Source: an uncultured Flavobacteriaceae bacterium (lineage in GTDB: Bacteria; Bacteroidota; Bacteroidia; Flavobacteriales; Flavobacteriaceae). Taken from it: a DNA stretch of 64,000 nucleotides. Every line of letters begins with the position of its first letter. Within the stretch, counting starts at the first letter, position 1. Shown here piece after piece: positions 39,105 through 48,956 of the stretch. The notes under the pieces were generated by a model. It had not been told where the DNA came from. It made no database searches and was given only the letters and a program-made list of their open reading frames with translations. Made by a program: the position numbers and the translations under genes. Location of the stretch: positions 2,621 through 66,620 of the forward strand of contig CAJXEB010000004.1 in assembly GCA_913052585.1 (NCBI GenBank), read 5' to 3'.

Positions 39105-40832
39105 ATGACTAATCAAATTACATCCAACCCATTACTTGATAGATTGCCTCCTCATTTGAAGCAATTTATGAAGCCACAAGATTACGAACGATACACTCCC
39201 ATAAACCAGGCTGTGTGGCGTTATGTAATGCGTAAGAATGTAGATTATTTAAGTAAAGTAGCACACGAAAGCTATCTTGAAGGTTTAAAGAAAACTGGAA
39301 TTTCTATTGATGATATTCCGTCTATGTACGGGATGAACAGAATACTTAAGGAAATTGGTTGGGCTGCTGTTGCTGTAGATGGTTTTATACCACCCAATGC
39401 TTTTATGGAGTTTCAAGCCTACAAAATATTGGTGATAGCAAGTGAAATTAGACAATTAGAAAATATTGAATACACTCCTGCACCAGATATTATTCATGAG
39501 GGCGCAGGTCATGCTCCAATTATTGCAAATCCAGATTATGCTGAATATTTAAGGCGTTTTGGAGAAATTGGTGCCAAAGCAATTTCTAGTGCTCATGATA
39601 TAGATATGTATGAAGCCATAAGAGAATTGTCTATTTTAAAGGAAGCTGATGGAATTTCAAATTCTAAAATTGAAGCAGCAGAAAATAGAGTAGCAGAATT
39701 ACAAAATAAAGAGGTTTCACCTTCCGAAATTACATTAATTAGAAATTTACATTGGTGGACCGTAGAATATGGATTGGTTGGAACTATTGATGATCCAAAA
39801 ATTTATGGTGCCGGACTTCTATCTTCTATTGGAGAAAGCACTTCGTGTTTAAAAGATGAAGTAAAAAAGATTCCTTATTCTATCGATGCTGCTTATCAAA
39901 GTTTTGATATTACAAAACCACAACCTCAACTATATGTAACACCGGATTTTGCTTATTTACAAGAAGTCTTAGAAGAGTTTGCCAATACCATGGCTGTTAG
40001 AAAAGGTGGATGGAGAGGTCTAAGCAAATTAATGAAATCTAAGCAATTAGGAACTATTGAGTTAAGTACTGGATTGCAAATATCAGGTGTATTTTCCCAA
40101 ATGATTAAAAATGAAGATAACGAAGTAGTATTCTTCAAAACAGAGGGTCCTACTGCGCTGTCCTATCGAGAGAAGGAAGTGATCGGTCACGGAATTGCTG
40201 CTCACAGACATGGCTTCAGTTCTCCTTTAGGGAAATTGAAAGGCATCAATCTAGCTATTGAAAACATGGGGCCTCGCGATTTACAAGCTTATAATTTTTA
40301 TGATGGAAAAGAAATTTCATTTGAGTTTGAAAGCGGAATCACTGTAAAAGGATTAAACGTTACCGGAATTAGAAACCTAGGTGGTGAATTGATGTTAATT
40401 CAGTTTACAAATTGTACCGTAACTTATAAAAATGAAGTGTTATTTTCTCCAGAAATGGGAGGTTTTGATATGGCGGTTGGCAAAGAAATTGTTTCTGCTT
40501 TTACAGGTGCAGCAGATTATAGTTCGTTCCCAATTACTTTAAAACCTAGTGATACTAAAACCATTCAAAAGACCATTTCAGAAAAAGAAATGGAATTAAA
40601 TGAATTGTACAAATCTGTTAGAACCATTCGAGAAAGTAAATCTTCTCAAGATTCATTAACTAGTATTTTTGAATCCTTAAGGAAAAATCATCCTTCCGAT
40701 TGGTTATTGTCAATTGAAATCTATGAACTCAATAAGGAAAAAGTCGTTTTACAACACTTAATCAGTTTAAAAGAAACAAGACCAAAAATTGCTCATTTGA
40801 TTGATAATGGGATTGAATTAATAAATCGATAA
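39105..40832 (+). CDS. phhA: Aromatic amino acid (phenylalanine) hydroxylase, long form with C-terminal extension
   Basis: YTPAPDIIHEGAGH (His-x4-His), WWTVEYGL (Glu ligand), IYGAGLLSS.GE, DITKPQPQLYV. Confidence 0.9.
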   Translation: MTNQITSNPLLDRLPPHLKQFMKPQDYERYTPINQAVWRYVMRKNVDYLSKVAHESYLEGLKKTGISIDDIPSMYGMNRILKEIGWAAVAVDGFIPPNAFMEFQAYKILVIASEIRQLENIEYTPAPDIIHEGAGHAPIIANPDYAEYLRRFGEIGAKAISSAHDIDMYEAIRELSILKEADGISNSKIEAAENRVAELQNKEVSPSEITLIRNLHWWTVEYGLVGTIDDPKIYGAGLLSSIGESTSCLKDEVKKIPYSIDAAYQSFDITKPQPQLYVTPDFAYLQEVLEEFANTMAVRKGGWRGLSKLMKSKQLGTIELSTGLQISGVFSQMIKNEDNEVVFFKTEGPTALSYREKEVIGHGIAAHRHGFSSPLGKLKGINLAIENMGPRDLQAYNFYDGKEISFEFESGITVKGLNVTGIRNLGGELMLIQFTNCTVTYKNEVLFSPEMGGFDMAVGKEIVSAFTGAADYSSFPITLKPSDTKTIQKTISEKEMELNELYKSVRTIRESKSSQDSLTSIFESLRKNHPSDWLLSIEIYELNKEKVVLQHLISLKETRPKIAHLIDNGIELINR

Positions 40833-40847
40833 AAGTATTTGTTGAAT

Positions 40848-43574
40848 TTACAAATCATACTTCACCACAAACATTACTATTCTTGGCAATACATAATATT
40901 GAGTTGTTGAATTAAACTCATCATTAAAACTATCATTATTGGTAAATTCTGTGTCAAGAATATTGGTAGCTTGTATTTTAAATTCCCAAGGACTATCACC
41001 TTTTCTAAAATATAGGTTCGCATTTAAAAACGAGTACTGATTTTCTATGGTGTTAGCTTTGTCTGAATAATTATATAAATTCCAATCTGCCGTAAATGTT
41101 AAGTGTTTTAGAAACTTTACATCCACATTGGCAAAAGGACTATTTGTATAAAAGGTTTGTGGAACCCTTCCGTTTTGATAATCGTTAATAATGGCATTAT
41201 ACCCTACTTCAAAATTGGGCCAATTATTAAAGTTTGATCGCACACTCGCTTTATAATTTTGAGTAAAACTGGTACTTTCGGTTACTTCAGCATTAATATT
41301 ATTAAACGTAGTACTGTAACTCAACCGTGCATTGGCATTAAATTGAATTTTTTTAATACGCTTACTAAATTGGCCAAAACCTGAGAACGTTTCATCAGGA
41401 TAATTGCTATTCATATTAATAGGAGTACTTACTTGATTAATATCCACTAACAATGAATTATACTTAATAGATTCAATTCTTCTAGTATAACTTAAAGACC
41501 CATTGATATTGGTATAATTAAACATATTAAAATTAAAATAGTTCAAACTATAATTATGTGATAAGGAATTTTCAAGGTTTCTATTTCCTTTAAACATTTG
41601 GTTATAATTACTAAAAACATAGGCTTCTGCATAATTATTTACGTCTGTATATTCAGATAAGATAGCATAATTAAATCGTAAACTTTCGCTCTTTTTTAAT
41701 TGCAACAACATATTAAAATCTGGTAATACATTCCAATTATTTTGCGAAACAGAACTTCCCAATTGTTCATTTTTCAATATATAATTATGAAGGTTAACTC
41801 CGGGTGTAAAAGTGAATTTTCCAGCTTTAAATTTATAATGAACACCTAAAAATAAATCGGTGAAATTATATTGAACATCATTGACTAACGAATATACACT
41901 CCCTTCAGGATCTGGTAATGCATCTGTAAAATCGATTCGATCGCTATTGTCTAAAAGCTGAAAAATATTTGAATTGAATTTTTGTTTACTCAACGTACTT
42001 CCTAAGGTAAAATTGACATTACTCTTATTATTGATGATATAGTAGTAATCAACCTTTGCATCAAATTTATGAGTCTTAATATTCTTTTCTTGATTGATGT
42101 TATAGCGGTCTTGATCTTCATCTACGGGTATAATTCCACTAAATGGCAATAAATCAATTATAGCATTATAAAATGGATCTTCATCTTGATATAAATGTTG
42201 GGCTTGTCCCGCTAAAATATGATCTTCATCAATGGTATAGTATACATTTGCGTTTTGGTTGATGGATGAAGGTTTGTTTTCTTTTTCTTCATTTATATTA
42301 TTTGGATTCTCATCAACTACAGAAAGTGTTTCATTAAATTCTGTTTGCTTTGAAGTTTTATAAAGCGCATCGTAATCTAATTGAAAATCCGTATTGGGTT
42401 TAAAAACACTACTCAATTTCAACATTCCTAATTGCGAGCGTTGGTCGCTTACTTTATTGGTTGCTTCTATAGCTTCAGAAGAAATATAATTACGTATGGA
42501 GTTGGTAATTATATTGGTTTTATTATCCGATAATATAGCAAAACCGCTTAGATCCCAGGCATCAGACAATTCTATACTAAAATTACCTGCAAAGAATTTT
42601 GTCTCAATATCATTTGCCCTATTGTTCTGCATCATGGTAAAACCCAGATCACTTTCAGCTACATTGAAACTGGTTCCACCTCCTCTATTAAAATTTCTGA
42701 ATCCACCCGTAAATTTAAAATAGTCCCTAAATGTAAAAGGGACTTCTCCAATATTATTAAAATCTGTGATCAAATTAATACTGTATTTAGGACTATAGTA
42801 AAATAGTTTAGGATGTACTAAATACCTTCCTTCATCATCTGCAACACCAGCTCCGGCAGTTACTTCACCAAACCAGAAATTCTTTTTACCATCTTTTAAT
42901 TTAATATTTATAGCTACGTTTTCTTGATCATTACCAACGCCACGCATTTGGTCTACTTCATTATAGTTTCGGAGTACCTCAATCTTATCTACTGCATCTG
43001 CTGGAATATTTTTTGTAGCTAATTTTGAATCTCCATCAAAAAAATCTTTTCCTTCCACCATCACTTTCGTTACTGTTTTACCTTCTATTTCTATTTCTCC
43101 ATCTTCATTGACTTCTACACCGGGCAGCTTTTTCATTACATCACCCAATTTTCTTTCTGTCCCATTGGTAAATGAATCTGCATTATAAACGATGGTATCT
43201 CCTTTTACAGTCACTGGCATTTCATACACCAATTCAACTCCATCTAATTCTGAAGCCCTTGAATTAAGTACAAAATTTTGATTTAAATTTTCCGCATTTT
43301 CAGGTACCGAAATTTCCATTTCTACAGTTTCAAAACCTAAAAAACTTGCCTTTAAAACGTAGGTATTATTTACCGGAAGATCTAATTGAAACCGTCCTTC
43401 ATAGTTGGTGATACCATAAGATTCTATTGCTCCTGAAGATTTCACGGTAGCAATTACATTTGCCAATTCTAAAGGGATTCCAATACTATCATTAATAACT
43501 CCTCTTACTTTTATGTTTTGTGCTGAAAGCAAACAAGTAAATAATACAATAATTAAGATAACAATATTCTTCAT
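40848..43574 (-). CDS. Large outer-membrane beta-barrel (TonB-dependent-receptor-like) with N-terminal carboxypeptidase-regulatory-like domain
   Basis: G...D..G.PL..ANV, GDT..YNA..F, D..KKLPGVEV, NIPADAVDKIEV, C-terminal PR......KYDL. Confidence 0.8.
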   Translation of the reverse strand: MKNIVILIIVLFTCLLSAQNIKVRGVINDSIGIPLELANVIATVKSSGAIESYGITNYEGRFQLDLPVNNTYVLKASFLGFETVEMEISVPENAENLNQNFVLNSRASELDGVELVYEMPVTVKGDTIVYNADSFTNGTERKLGDVMKKLPGVEVNEDGEIEIEGKTVTKVMVEGKDFFDGDSKLATKNIPADAVDKIEVLRNYNEVDQMRGVGNDQENVAINIKLKDGKKNFWFGEVTAGAGVADDEGRYLVHPKLFYYSPKYSINLITDFNNIGEVPFTFRDYFKFTGGFRNFNRGGGTSFNVAESDLGFTMMQNNRANDIETKFFAGNFSIELSDAWDLSGFAILSDNKTNIITNSIRNYISSEAIEATNKVSDQRSQLGMLKLSSVFKPNTDFQLDYDALYKTSKQTEFNETLSVVDENPNNINEEKENKPSSINQNANVYYTIDEDHILAGQAQHLYQDEDPFYNAIIDLLPFSGIIPVDEDQDRYNINQEKNIKTHKFDAKVDYYYIINNKSNVNFTLGSTLSKQKFNSNIFQLLDNSDRIDFTDALPDPEGSVYSLVNDVQYNFTDLFLGVHYKFKAGKFTFTPGVNLHNYILKNEQLGSSVSQNNWNVLPDFNMLLQLKKSESLRFNYAILSEYTDVNNYAEAYVFSNYNQMFKGNRNLENSLSHNYSLNYFNFNMFNYTNINGSLSYTRRIESIKYNSLLVDINQVSTPINMNSNYPDETFSGFGQFSKRIKKIQFNANARLSYSTTFNNINAEVTESTSFTQNYKASVRSNFNNWPNFEVGYNAIINDYQNGRVPQTFYTNSPFANVDVKFLKHLTFTADWNLYNYSDKANTIENQYSFLNANLYFRKGDSPWEFKIQATNILDTEFTNNDSFNDEFNSTTQYYVLPRIVMFVVKYDL

Positions 43575-43660
43575 AGTATAATTTCCACTTAAAACAATGG
43601 TGGTATTTTGATTGATTATAATTGATCTCTAAATAAAAGTATCATTTAAAGGTTTTGTGA

Positions 43661-44560
43661 TTAATTTCCTCCACGCATATGACCTCTGCCTGAACCTCGT
43701 CCTCCAACGTTTTTGAAATTTTCTCTCATTTCTTCGGTTTTGGCTTTTACAATTTTATTGTATTCTTCACGAGTTACTTCTTTTCCTTTTTTTGGAGCTT
43801 TTATCTCTTCTGCCTCATTAGGGTTTAAAACAATCTTTGAACATAAAATGGTCGTTCTATAAAAATTTAATTCTAAAATTAATCCTGGTAAGCCAGCATA
43901 TTCTCCTGGACCATTTTTAACAGGAATCATTGGAGTATACCAAGCGGTTACAATAATTTCTTTTGGCACTTCAATTTCGTTAAAAGGATCGTTACTCTTT
44001 GTGCTGTCGATCGTTTTTTCGGCAGTAGCTTTCTCGTCTTTTTCTTTAGTATCTGTATTTCTTCTTCTCGCCATACTTAAATCATTTTCATCTACTTTCT
44101 TAATAGTAGTAGCTTTAAATGCAACATATTGCCCAATTTGTTTGGAGTCTTTTTCAAGTTTCCATTCTAGATTTGTAATGGTATCATTTATTAAAAACTG
44201 CTTTCCAAAAAACTCTCGTTCTTCTAAAATTTGTTTGGTTTTTAAATTTTTATATTGATTTCCTGCAGAAAAACTACCCATCATCATTGCCATACCACCT
44301 CTTCTACCATTCTCTGTTTCTAATTTCTCCTCTTCTTTATAAATAGATTCATTTTCATTAAAAGTTAAAATGTATGTTTTCTCTAGATAGCTTTTCATTC
44401 GATCTACAATCATTTTTTTCATATTTTTATCCATCCCAGACCTACCAATCTCACTAGCTTTAACCGTAGTTTTAGATTCGTAAAAAGCTTGACCGCTAAT
44501 GCTTTGAGAAAAAGAAGTTATCGTGCATAAAGCAATACATAAAGTGCTAAGAAATTTCAT
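43661..44560 (-). CDS. GLPGLI family protein
   Basis: W.L..D.K.IG.Y...KAT, AWYTPMIPVKNGPGEYAGLPGLILE. Confidence 0.93.
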   Translation of the reverse strand: MKFLSTLCIALCTITSFSQSISGQAFYESKTTVKASEIGRSGMDKNMKKMIVDRMKSYLEKTYILTFNENESIYKEEEKLETENGRRGGMAMMMGSFSAGNQYKNLKTKQILEEREFFGKQFLINDTITNLEWKLEKDSKQIGQYVAFKATTIKKVDENDLSMARRRNTDTKEKDEKATAEKTIDSTKSNDPFNEIEVPKEIIVTAWYTPMIPVKNGPGEYAGLPGLILELNFYRTTILCSKIVLNPNEAEEIKAPKKGKEVTREEYNKIVKAKTEEMRENFKNVGGRGSGRGHMRGGN

Positions 44561-44654
44561 AATTATTGTTTTTTAATTTAGTGGATACTAAATTATATGT
44601 TTTATAAAATTATTAGACTATAACTATCTTGAAAGGTTTAAGATGAAAATGTAA

Positions 44655-45506
44655 TTATCCTCCAATTCTAATTTCAATATTATCACCACTATCTCTTCTA
44701 CTAGAATTAAACTGTTCGTCCATTTCCTTCATTTTCTTTTCCATAACCGTTTCAAACTCTTCTTGACTTATCTTTTTACCTTTTTTAGGCTCTTCAATAT
44801 GCACTCCATCGTTTGGATTGATAACAATTTTACTACACAGTATCGACTCACTTCCATCATTAACTTCTAATATTAACCCTGGTAATCCACTATAATTTCC
44901 AGGACCATGTTTTACTGGTATTTGTAAGGTGTACCAAGCAGTTACTGTTTGTTCCACTTCTTCAACTTCTGATTCTTTAGTATCTTCTTTTGAGTCTACA
45001 GACATCCTCATCATTCCTGATCCTCTTACCATTCTTTTATATGTGGCTTTAAAACAAGTGTATTGACCTATATTCTTAGTCTCTTTTTCTAATGTCCATT
45101 CTGGTTGTTTTAATTCATCTTGTATTAAAAATATCTTACCAAGTAAATCACTTTGATTTGCATATCGATTCTCATTCAAATTTTTATATAACAAATCTCC
45201 TGCGCCATTTCCTGCTATAACAAGTTGCATTCCACCTGAACTAACACCCGTAGGCTTATCAAGATTAACAACTTCCTTATATAGCGACTCGTCATTGTTA
45301 AAATCTAATATATATTCTTTTTCAAATTGCTTTTTAAGCATGGCCATCATTTGTTTCTGCATTTCATCATTCATATGAGTGCTATCCATTTCAACATTCA
45401 TTTTGCGTTGCGATTTATAGGTAGCTTTTCCTTTGAAATCTTGTGATAAAATTAAATTTGTAAATAATAATGAAATGATCAATGTTGCACTTAGTAATGT
45501 TTTCAT
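44655..45506 (-). CDS. GLPGLI family protein
   Basis: W.LEKETK.IGQYTCFKAT, AWYTLQIPVKHGPGNYSGLPGLILE. Confidence 0.93.
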   Translation of the reverse strand: MKTLLSATLIISLLFTNLILSQDFKGKATYKSQRKMNVEMDSTHMNDEMQKQMMAMLKKQFEKEYILDFNNDESLYKEVVNLDKPTGVSSGGMQLVIAGNGAGDLLYKNLNENRYANQSDLLGKIFLIQDELKQPEWTLEKETKNIGQYTCFKATYKRMVRGSGMMRMSVDSKEDTKESEVEEVEQTVTAWYTLQIPVKHGPGNYSGLPGLILEVNDGSESILCSKIVINPNDGVHIEEPKKGKKISQEEFETVMEKKMKEMDEQFNSSRRDSGDNIEIRIGG

Positions 45507-45562
45507 GGTTTTAAAATTAATTATTGATGGTGCAAATATGGAAAAGCAATAATGATATTTAA

Positions 45563-45594
45563 GTTAACCAATGTTAACGTGTGTTAAACCATTT
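45563..45594. promoter_or_regulatory. GTTAAC direct repeats at 10-bp spacing (candidate OmpR-family site), copy 1
   Basis: gttaac-caat-gttaac-gtgt-gttaaa-ccattt. Confidence 0.6.
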
Positions 45595-45690
45595 AACTGC
45601 TTTCTTAAAAAGGCATTTGAAATTAGTAAATCTTAATAATTGTAAAATTCAGTTCATAAGGTTATCTTGCACATCTAATTTAATGAGATT

Positions 45691-46671
45691 ATGTCTATAG
45701 AAAATATCCGTAAAGAAGTAATGCAAACCCTAGGTAAAAACATCAATGTTTTTGTAGACCGGTTTTTAGTAGATGCAGATAAAATATGGCAACCTTCTGA
45801 TTTTTTACCCAATCCTCAAGGAGATAATTTTTTGGAAGAAGTAAAAGAAATCCAAGGACTAGGAAAAGAATTAGATGATGATTTTTGGATTAGTTTAGTA
45901 GGTGACACCATTACTGAAGAAGCATTACCAACTTATGAATCTTGGCTAATGTCTTTAGATGGAGTTGATCAAGATCCAGATAACGGTTGGGCTAAATGGA
46001 TAAGAGCTTGGACTTCTGAAGAAAATAGACACGGCGATGTTCTTAATAAATATTTATATTTATCGGGGAGAGTAAATATGAGAGAGGTTGAAATTTCTAC
46101 GCAACATTTAATTGCAGATGGTTTTGATATTGGTACAGCAACAGATCCATATAAAAACTTTGTTTATACTAGTTTTCAAGAATTAGCTACGTATGTTTCT
46201 CATAATAATGTAGCAAAAATAGCTCGTAAAAAAGGGCATAAAACCTTGGCAAAAATGTCTAAAATAATTGCTGGAGATGAAATGAGACATCACTTAGCTT
46301 ACTCTCACTTTATTGAAGAAATATTTAAAATTGATCCTTCAGAAATGATGCTGGCTTACTATTATATGATGAAAAATCAAATTATCATGCCTGCTATGTA
46401 TCTAAGAGAGTCATTCAGTAAAAAGTCATCTTTATTTGATCAATTTTCAATAGTAGCACAACGTTCTGGAGTTTATACAGGTTTTGACTATGTAGACATT
46501 ATGAGGAAATTAAATGTGCTTTGGAGAATCGATAAAATAACTGGTTTAAATTCTGAAGCTGAAAAGGCAAGAGATTATTTAATGCGATTACCAGATAGAA
46601 TGTATCGATTGGCAGAACGATCTGTAATTCCTGATACGGCTTATCAATTTAAGTGGATGACTAAAATGTAA
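45691..46671 (+). CDS. Soluble acyl-ACP desaturase (ferritin-like di-iron; plant stearoyl-ACP desaturase/mycobacterial DesA type)
   Basis: WQPSDFLP, ITEEALPTY, WTSEENRHG, YTSFQELAT..SH, IAGDEMRH. Confidence 0.92.
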   Translation: MSIENIRKEVMQTLGKNINVFVDRFLVDADKIWQPSDFLPNPQGDNFLEEVKEIQGLGKELDDDFWISLVGDTITEEALPTYESWLMSLDGVDQDPDNGWAKWIRAWTSEENRHGDVLNKYLYLSGRVNMREVEISTQHLIADGFDIGTATDPYKNFVYTSFQELATYVSHNNVAKIARKKGHKTLAKMSKIIAGDEMRHHLAYSHFIEEIFKIDPSEMMLAYYYMMKNQIIMPAMYLRESFSKKSSLFDQFSIVAQRSGVYTGFDYVDIMRKLNVLWRIDKITGLNSEAEKARDYLMRLPDRMYRLAERSVIPDTAYQFKWMTKM

Positions 46672-46724
46672 TCAACTTTCTTATCTATAAATATTATAAG
46701 ATTCCTCCCTTCGAAAGAATTTAG

Positions 46725-46747
46725 TGTTAACGTGTGTTAACCCATTT
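46725..46747. promoter_or_regulatory. Second copy of the GTTAAC box, upstream of the histidine kinase
   Basis: tgttaacgtgtgttaacccattt matches 45572-45594 at 22 of 23 positions. Confidence 0.65.
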
Positions 46748-46781
46748 GGTAATGATACACTTATGTGTTTACATTTGACCA

Positions 46782-48260
46782 ATGAACAATCAAAAGTATC
46801 AACAAATACTATATTTTATAAGCACTGTTATTATTCTTACTCTTTGTGTTCAGGGGTATTGGAGTTATAAAAACTATGAATCTGAAAAAAAACAATTTAT
46901 TTCAGAAGTACAATTAAGTTTAGACAATGCTGTAGATGCCTATTACACCCAATTAGCCAAACAAAATACACTTTCCTATATATCCGATTCTATACCAAGT
47001 GATAGCCTTTTTATGGGGATTCAAATTTCTGATTTATTACCATCGGATAGTATTATCGCAAACCGATTTAAATCATTACAATCTAATGACAGTGTTCAGA
47101 CAAATAAAATCTCAATTATAAAATCGAGTAATTTAGATAAATTACAATTTGATTTTGACACCAATGACTCTCATATAAAAATAAAACATTTTGACAGCTT
47201 AAACGGAAACTTTCCGAAGCATTTTGAAATGCTTACCTCTAAAATTATCGTATCATTTTCAGAAGATTCTTTATCAATAGGTCTCATCGATAGTTTAATT
47301 CAACAAGAACTAAAAAGAAAAGACATTTCGGTTATTTATGGATTATCCTTTACTAGTGAATGGAATAAGAATCAACAAATTAGAGAAGAAATCATCATTA
47401 CTTCCGATTTAGTTGCAACTTCTGGTTCTAAGCTTTTATTGGATGAGAACAACTTAAAAATGTACTATTCTAATAGCACTGTTGCCATTTTAAAAAGAAA
47501 CATAACAAGTATTTCACTATCGTTACTGTTAGTATCCAGTATTATTATTTGTTTAATTTATCTATTAAAAATCATACAAAAACAAAAAGAATTAGCCGAA
47601 ATCAAAAACGACCTAATAAGTAATATTACTCACGAATTCAAAACACCGCTAGCAACTATCAGTGTTGCTCTTGAAGGAATCGAGCGCTTTAATTTAAACA
47701 ACGATCCTAAAAAAAGCAAGAAGTATGCCGATATGTCTAAAATGGAAGTCGAAAAACTGACATTAATGGTCGAAAAACTTTTGGAGACTGCGACCTTAGA
47801 TAGCGATCAATTAGAACTGAATTTTGAAGAAACAGACCTCAACTATATGTTGGAACGCATTACTACAATTGATACTGATTTATTACACGGTAAGACACTA
47901 ACTTTCTCATCAACCGAAAAAGAATGCCTAGTAAGTATTGATCAATTTCATTTTGAAAATGTCTTGAATAATATTATTGATAATGCAATTAAATATGGAG
48001 GTGACTTTATAAGCGTATCTATAAACAAAACGACTACTGAAGTCAATATTTCTATTAAAGACAACGGAATTAGCTTAACCAAACAACAAGCTTCTCAAGT
48101 ATTTGAAAAATTCTATAGAGTTCCAAAAGGGAACACCCATAATGTAAAGGGGTTTGGAATTGGATTATTTTATGCTAAAAACATCATTGAAAAACACGGA
48201 GGAACAATCTCAGTTGATATTAATAATGGTGTTGAATTTATAATTAATTTAAAAAACTAA
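46782..48260 (+). CDS. Membrane sensor histidine kinase
   Basis: Two TM segments, NITHEFKTPL H-box, NIIDNAIKY, DNG, FEKFYR, GFGIGL. Confidence 0.95.
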   Translation: MNNQKYQQILYFISTVIILTLCVQGYWSYKNYESEKKQFISEVQLSLDNAVDAYYTQLAKQNTLSYISDSIPSDSLFMGIQISDLLPSDSIIANRFKSLQSNDSVQTNKISIIKSSNLDKLQFDFDTNDSHIKIKHFDSLNGNFPKHFEMLTSKIIVSFSEDSLSIGLIDSLIQQELKRKDISVIYGLSFTSEWNKNQQIREEIIITSDLVATSGSKLLLDENNLKMYYSNSTVAILKRNITSISLSLLLVSSIIICLIYLLKIIQKQKELAEIKNDLISNITHEFKTPLATISVALEGIERFNLNNDPKKSKKYADMSKMEVEKLTLMVEKLLETATLDSDQLELNFEETDLNYMLERITTIDTDLLHGKTLTFSSTEKECLVSIDQFHFENVLNNIIDNAIKYGGDFISVSINKTTTEVNISIKDNGISLTKQQASQVFEKFYRVPKGNTHNVKGFGIGLFYAKNIIEKHGGTISVDINNGVEFIINLKN

Positions 48261-48266
48261 ATCTTT

Positions 48267-48956
48267 ATGAGTGATAAAATTTCCATTCTATTAGCAGAAG
48301 ATGAGCCAGCCTTAGGAATGATTATTAAAGAGAGTCTTGAAACTCGTGATTTCGATGTAACTCATTGTTTAGATGGAGAAGAAGCTTATAAAGTGTATAA
48401 GAAAAACAAACCTCAATTATTAGTTTTGGATGTAATGATGCCTAAAAAAGACGGCTTTACATTGGCTAAAGAAATAAGGCAAGAAGACGCTCGGATTCCT
48501 ATAATTTTTTTAACAGCAAAATCACAAACTCAAGATGTTGTAGAAGGGTTTTCTATAGGTTGCAATGACTATTTAAAAAAGCCATTTAGTATGGAGGAAT
48601 TAATTGTTAGAATGAATGCTTTATTAGAACGGACAAGTCTTCAAAATCAACCTCAAGAAGAAATTATACTCGGAGACTATACTTTTAATTTTCATAAACA
48701 AACGTTGAATTATCTAAATGCTGAAAAACCGATTTCTTTAACCCATCGAGAGGCTCATTTGTTATTTCATTTGTATAAAAGCAAAAATGAAGTTTTAGAT
48801 CGATCGTATATCTTAAAAAAACTCTGGGGTAATGATGATTTTTTTAATGCTCGAAGTATGGATGTTTTTATTACCAAACTCCGCAAAAAATTAAATCAAG
48901 ATGATACCATTAAAATAATCAATATAAGAGGATTTGGGTATAAGTTAATCTTTTAA
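48267..48956 (+). CDS. OmpR/PhoB family response regulator
   Basis: LAEDE, LDVMMP, FLTAK, KPFS, LT.RE, MDVFITKLRKKL, IRGFGY. Confidence 0.95.
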   Translation: MSDKISILLAEDEPALGMIIKESLETRDFDVTHCLDGEEAYKVYKKNKPQLLVLDVMMPKKDGFTLAKEIRQEDARIPIIFLTAKSQTQDVVEGFSIGCNDYLKKPFSMEELIVRMNALLERTSLQNQPQEEIILGDYTFNFHKQTLNYLNAEKPISLTHREAHLLFHLYKSKNEVLDRSYILKKLWGNDDFFNARSMDVFITKLRKKLNQDDTIKIINIRGFGYKLIF

